A stretch of 64,000 bases of DNA, from positions 63,056,001 to 63,120,000 of the forward strand of contig NW_024704742.1 of assembly GCF_018977255.1 (NCBI RefSeq), given 5' to 3'. Numbering within the stretch: the stretch's first letter is position 1; every line of letters starts with the position of its first letter. The notes beneath the pieces are model-generated. The model saw only the letters and a list, made by a program, of their open reading frames with translations. It made no database searches and was not told where the DNA came from. The DNA is from Callorhinchus milii (Eukaryota). Both the position numbers and the translations under genes were made by a program. Shown here one piece after another: positions 60,328 to 64,000 of the stretch.

Positions 60328-61392
60328 ATAATATAATATATTATATATTGTATATATTATATCATATTATATTATAGCCGCTGTCTGCAAATGCTGCCAT
60401 ACTCGGCCACAATTAGTCACTACGCTTAACAGTAATTAATTTGAGGCATCTTGAAGTGGGAATGGTGCAGTATTAACTGCACAAATTATTATTAATATTA
60501 TTAAAGTATGAACAGTAGATGAACCTGCCTTCTATAGCTGAAGACTACTGAAATTATCAAAAAGATGCAACATCAAAGAAATTAATGTATCAAATGAGAT
60601 TAAATAATCAGAAAATTGCAATTTAAAGCATGACTAAATTTTAATCACGTTTCCCACCAAAGTAATTTCTATGTTTTTTGTCCCCCATGCACTTTCACTA
60701 CTATGTGAAGCATATTTCTCTTCCTCTGTATAGATTGGTTGAACAGATGTCTCATCATGTTTTCTGCAACTTTGCTACCTGTGATTGCCTGACAGATGAG
60801 GAAACAGGTGGCATCAGAGGTGATAATATGTAGCAATTATTTTAAAAACTGTAACAATTCACCTTTTGGTCATTAAATGATAATTATTACAAATACACAG
60901 AAGCAATCTACCTCATTCCAGCAGCTTTTTCTAATCCACATTTAAAAGGTAGATAATGGAATTAATAGCAGAGGCTTGAGATTTCTAACGGCCTTCAGAC
61001 CATTGCCTTAAATTATAAAATCATACAGTCCTTTGGAAAATTCTTAAATTCTGTCTCTTGTTAAGACCATGTTATATTTGGGTTCCAGGTGCAGTAATTG
61101 TTCACAATACCACCCTCGAGAATTTAACGTGACCTGGCTCTATGTTGCCTCATCCTTCGGGTGAGATGTGAAAACCCAAGTCCCATCTGCCTGCTCAGGC
61201 AATTGCTAAAGATTTCATGGCACTATTCGAAAAGAGAAGGATTGAGGCCAGGACACCAAGAAAAAATCTTCTCTTTTCGAATATTGCTGCAGGATCTTTA
61301 ACGTCCACCTAAACAAGGAGATGCATCCTCGGTTTAACATCTCATCCAAAGGATGATAATGCAGTACACCCCACTGGAGTGCTAGCCTAGAC

Positions 61393-64000
61393 TGTCCATG
61401 CCTTTGTCACCTCTCGGCTGGATTACTCTAACGCCCTCCTCGCCAGTCTGCCCTCCTCCACCATTCACAAAATCCAGCTCATTCAAAACTCTGGCGTCCG
61501 CATTTTCACACGCACCAGACTCCGTACCCCGAGTACTCCAGCCCTTGCCAAACTCCACTGGCTCCCTGTCACAGAGTGGATCGACTTCAAGAACTTAAGG
61601 CTCCCCTAGGGCAAAGTGATCATAATATGATGGAATTTAGCATTAAGTTAGAGAGAGAAGTAGTTAAGTCCGAAGCAAACGTCTTAAATTTAAGTAGAGC
61701 CAACTTTGCTGGTATCAGAGAGGATTTAGCCAAAATAAACTGGGAAATTAGACTTAAGGATTTGACAGTAGACCAGCAATGGCAGACATTATAGTGCAAA
61801 ATTCCCAGCGATCCCGTATTCCTTTGAGGAATAAGAATGCCATGGGAAAGGTAGCCCAACCGTGGCTAACTAGAGCAGTTAGGGAAAATATAAAGTTAAA
61901 GGAAGAAGCCTATAAAACAGCTAAGGTGAGTAGTAAACACAAGGATTGGGAGAACTTCAGGGATCAATAAAAGGAGAACCAAAAAAGTGATTAAGAGGGA
62001 GAAAATGGAATATGAGGGCAAACTAGCGAGGAACATAAGGACAGACTGCAAGAGTTTTTACAAATATATAAAGAGGAAGAAACTGTCAAAGGTAAATATG
62101 GATCCGTTAGAGGCAGAGACGGAGGGAATTAAAGTGGGGGACAAAGACATGGCAGAGTCATTAAACAAGTGCTTTGCTACTGTCTTCACCTTAGAAGACA
62201 CTGAAAATCTACCAAGAATAGAGGGGAACCAAGAAGACAATGTTAGCGAGCAACTTGGGGAAATTAATATTAGTAAAGAAATGGTTTTAGGTAAATTGTC
62301 AGGTCTTAAAACTGATAAATCCCTGGACCTGATGGCCTACATCCTAGGGTTTTAAAAGAGGTGGCTACTGAGATAGTGGATGGCTTGTCTTTGATCTTCC
62401 AAAATTCTCTGGATTCTGGAACAGTTCCCATTGATTGGAAGATTGCAAACATAACACCACTATTTAAGAAGGGTGGGAGAGAAAAGATGGGGATCTATAA
62501 ACCAGTTAGTCTGACATCAGTGGTAGGGAGTCCTTAATTAAGGATGCCGTTATGGGATTCCTGGAAGACCATAACAAGATTAGGCAGAGTCAACATGGCT
62601 TTACAAAAGGGAAGTCATGCTTAACTAATCTTTTAGAGTTTTTTGAAGATGTATCTAGCAGGTTAGATGGGGGGAACCAGTAGATGTAGTATATTTAGAT
62701 TTTAAAAAGGCATTTGACAAAGTGCCACACAAAAGGCTATTGCACAAGGTTAAGGCCCACGGGATTAATGGGAACATATTAGCATGGATTGAAGAGTGGC
62801 TAATGGGTAGAAAACAGAGAGTAGGGATAAACGGGTCATTCTCGAATTGGCAGGATGTGACTAGTGGAGTGCCACAAGGATCAGTGCTTGGGCCTCAGCT
62901 ATTTACAATTTACATCAATGATCTAGACGAGGACATTGAATGTAACGTATCTAAATTCGCGGATGACACTAAACTAGGTGGGAGAGTAAGCTCTGAGGAT
63001 GATGCAAAAAGATTGCAACGGGATATAGATAGGCTCGGGGAGTGGGCGAGTAGGTGGCAGATGGAATTTAATGTGGGGAAGTGTGAAGTTATTCACCTAG
63101 GTAGCAAAAATAGAAAAACAGATTATTTTCTAGAGGGGAGAGATTAGATAGTGTTAGTGTTCAGAGGGATTTGGGTGTCCTTGTACACCAGTCTCAAAAA
63201 GTTAGTTTGCAGGTGCAGCAAGCAACTAAGAAGGCGAACGGCATGTTAGCGTTCATTGCAAAAGGTTTAGAGTACAAGAGTAGGGAAGTCTTGCTGCAAC
63301 TGTATAGGGCCTTGGTGAGACCGCACCTAGAGTATTGTGTGCAGTTTTGGTCTCCTTATTTAAAAAAGGACATACTTGCCCTAGAGGGGTGCAGCGTAGA
63401 TTCACTAGATTAGTTCCTGGGATGAGGGGACTGATCTATGAGGATAGGCTGAATAAACTAGGGCTGTATTCTCTAGAGTACAGAAGAATTAGGGGAGATC
63501 TTATCGAAACATATAAGATTCTTAAAGGGCTGGATAAAGTAGACACTGAGGGGCTGTTTCCCCTGGTAGGAGAATCTATAACCAGGGGTCACAGTCTTAA
63601 AATTAAGGGTCAGCCTTTTAGAATAGAGTTGAGGAAACATTTCTTCACTCAGAGGGTAGTGAATTTATGGAATTTCCTACCCCAGAAGGCTGTAGATGCT
63701 CAGTCCTTGAACATCTTCAAGGCTGAGACTGATAGATTTTTTAAAAAATAGAGGAATTAGGGGATATGGGGATAGGGCAGGTAATGAAAGTTAGGTCTGA
63801 AGATCAGCCATGATCTTATCGAATGGCGGGGCAGGCTCGAGGGGCAGAATGGCCTACTCCTGCTCCTAATTCTTATGTTCTTATGTTCTAACATCCTCAC
63901 TCTAGTGTTTAAATCCCTCTATTCCTTGGCACCCCCCTAACTCTCTAACCTCCTATCTCCCCACAGCAGTAACCGCTGCCTCCACTCTACTGGATACAGC
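61393..64000 (+). mobile_element. L2 3' fragment split by the CR1 insertion (61393-61594 and 63890-64000)
   Basis: Left part [15 protein letters not shown]...LHWLPV..IDFK; right part continues ILTLVFKSL. Confidence 0.88.
61595..63889 (+). mobile_element. CR1 LINE, 5'-truncated at the end of the endonuclease domain, multiple stops and frameshifts
   Basis: [26 protein letters not shown] and RPHLEYCVQFW in successive ORFs; ends in (TTCTTATG)n; different subfamily from 11195-13099. Confidence 0.97.

Overview
AT-rich eukaryotic (vertebrate) non-coding DNA in which I could support no host protein-coding exon, rRNA, genuine tRNA gene or CRISPR. A large part of the window is retroposon debris: CR1 LINEs (two long 5'-truncated, disabled copies at ~11195-13099 and ~61595-63889, plus many fragments), L2 LINE fragments, an old tRNA-headed Deu-domain SINE (SacSINE1/AmnSINE-type) and a younger tRNA-Ala-headed SINE. 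Both SINEs share the L2 3' tail. This repertoire points to a cartilaginous fish, possibly a holocephalan (inference, not verified). Most ORFs in the supplied track are LINE remnants or spurious SINE readings. Repeat-free, TAAT-rich islands between the repeats look like conserved non-coding elements of a gene desert or large intron. Less ordinary observations are: a reverse-transcriptase fragment that fits neither local LINE family (17368-17600, absent from the ORF track); a highly structured poly(A)-tailed retroposon with two copies; a 135-bp hammerhead-ribozyme-bearing insert with an 11-bp target-site duplication (TSD); a SINE variant whose B box is replaced by a foreign segment (two copies); a hAT/Charlie-type element inserted in a SINE; and several palindromic MITE-like elements. 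Coordinates of old fragments are approximate and all family names come from recognition by eye, without database searches.
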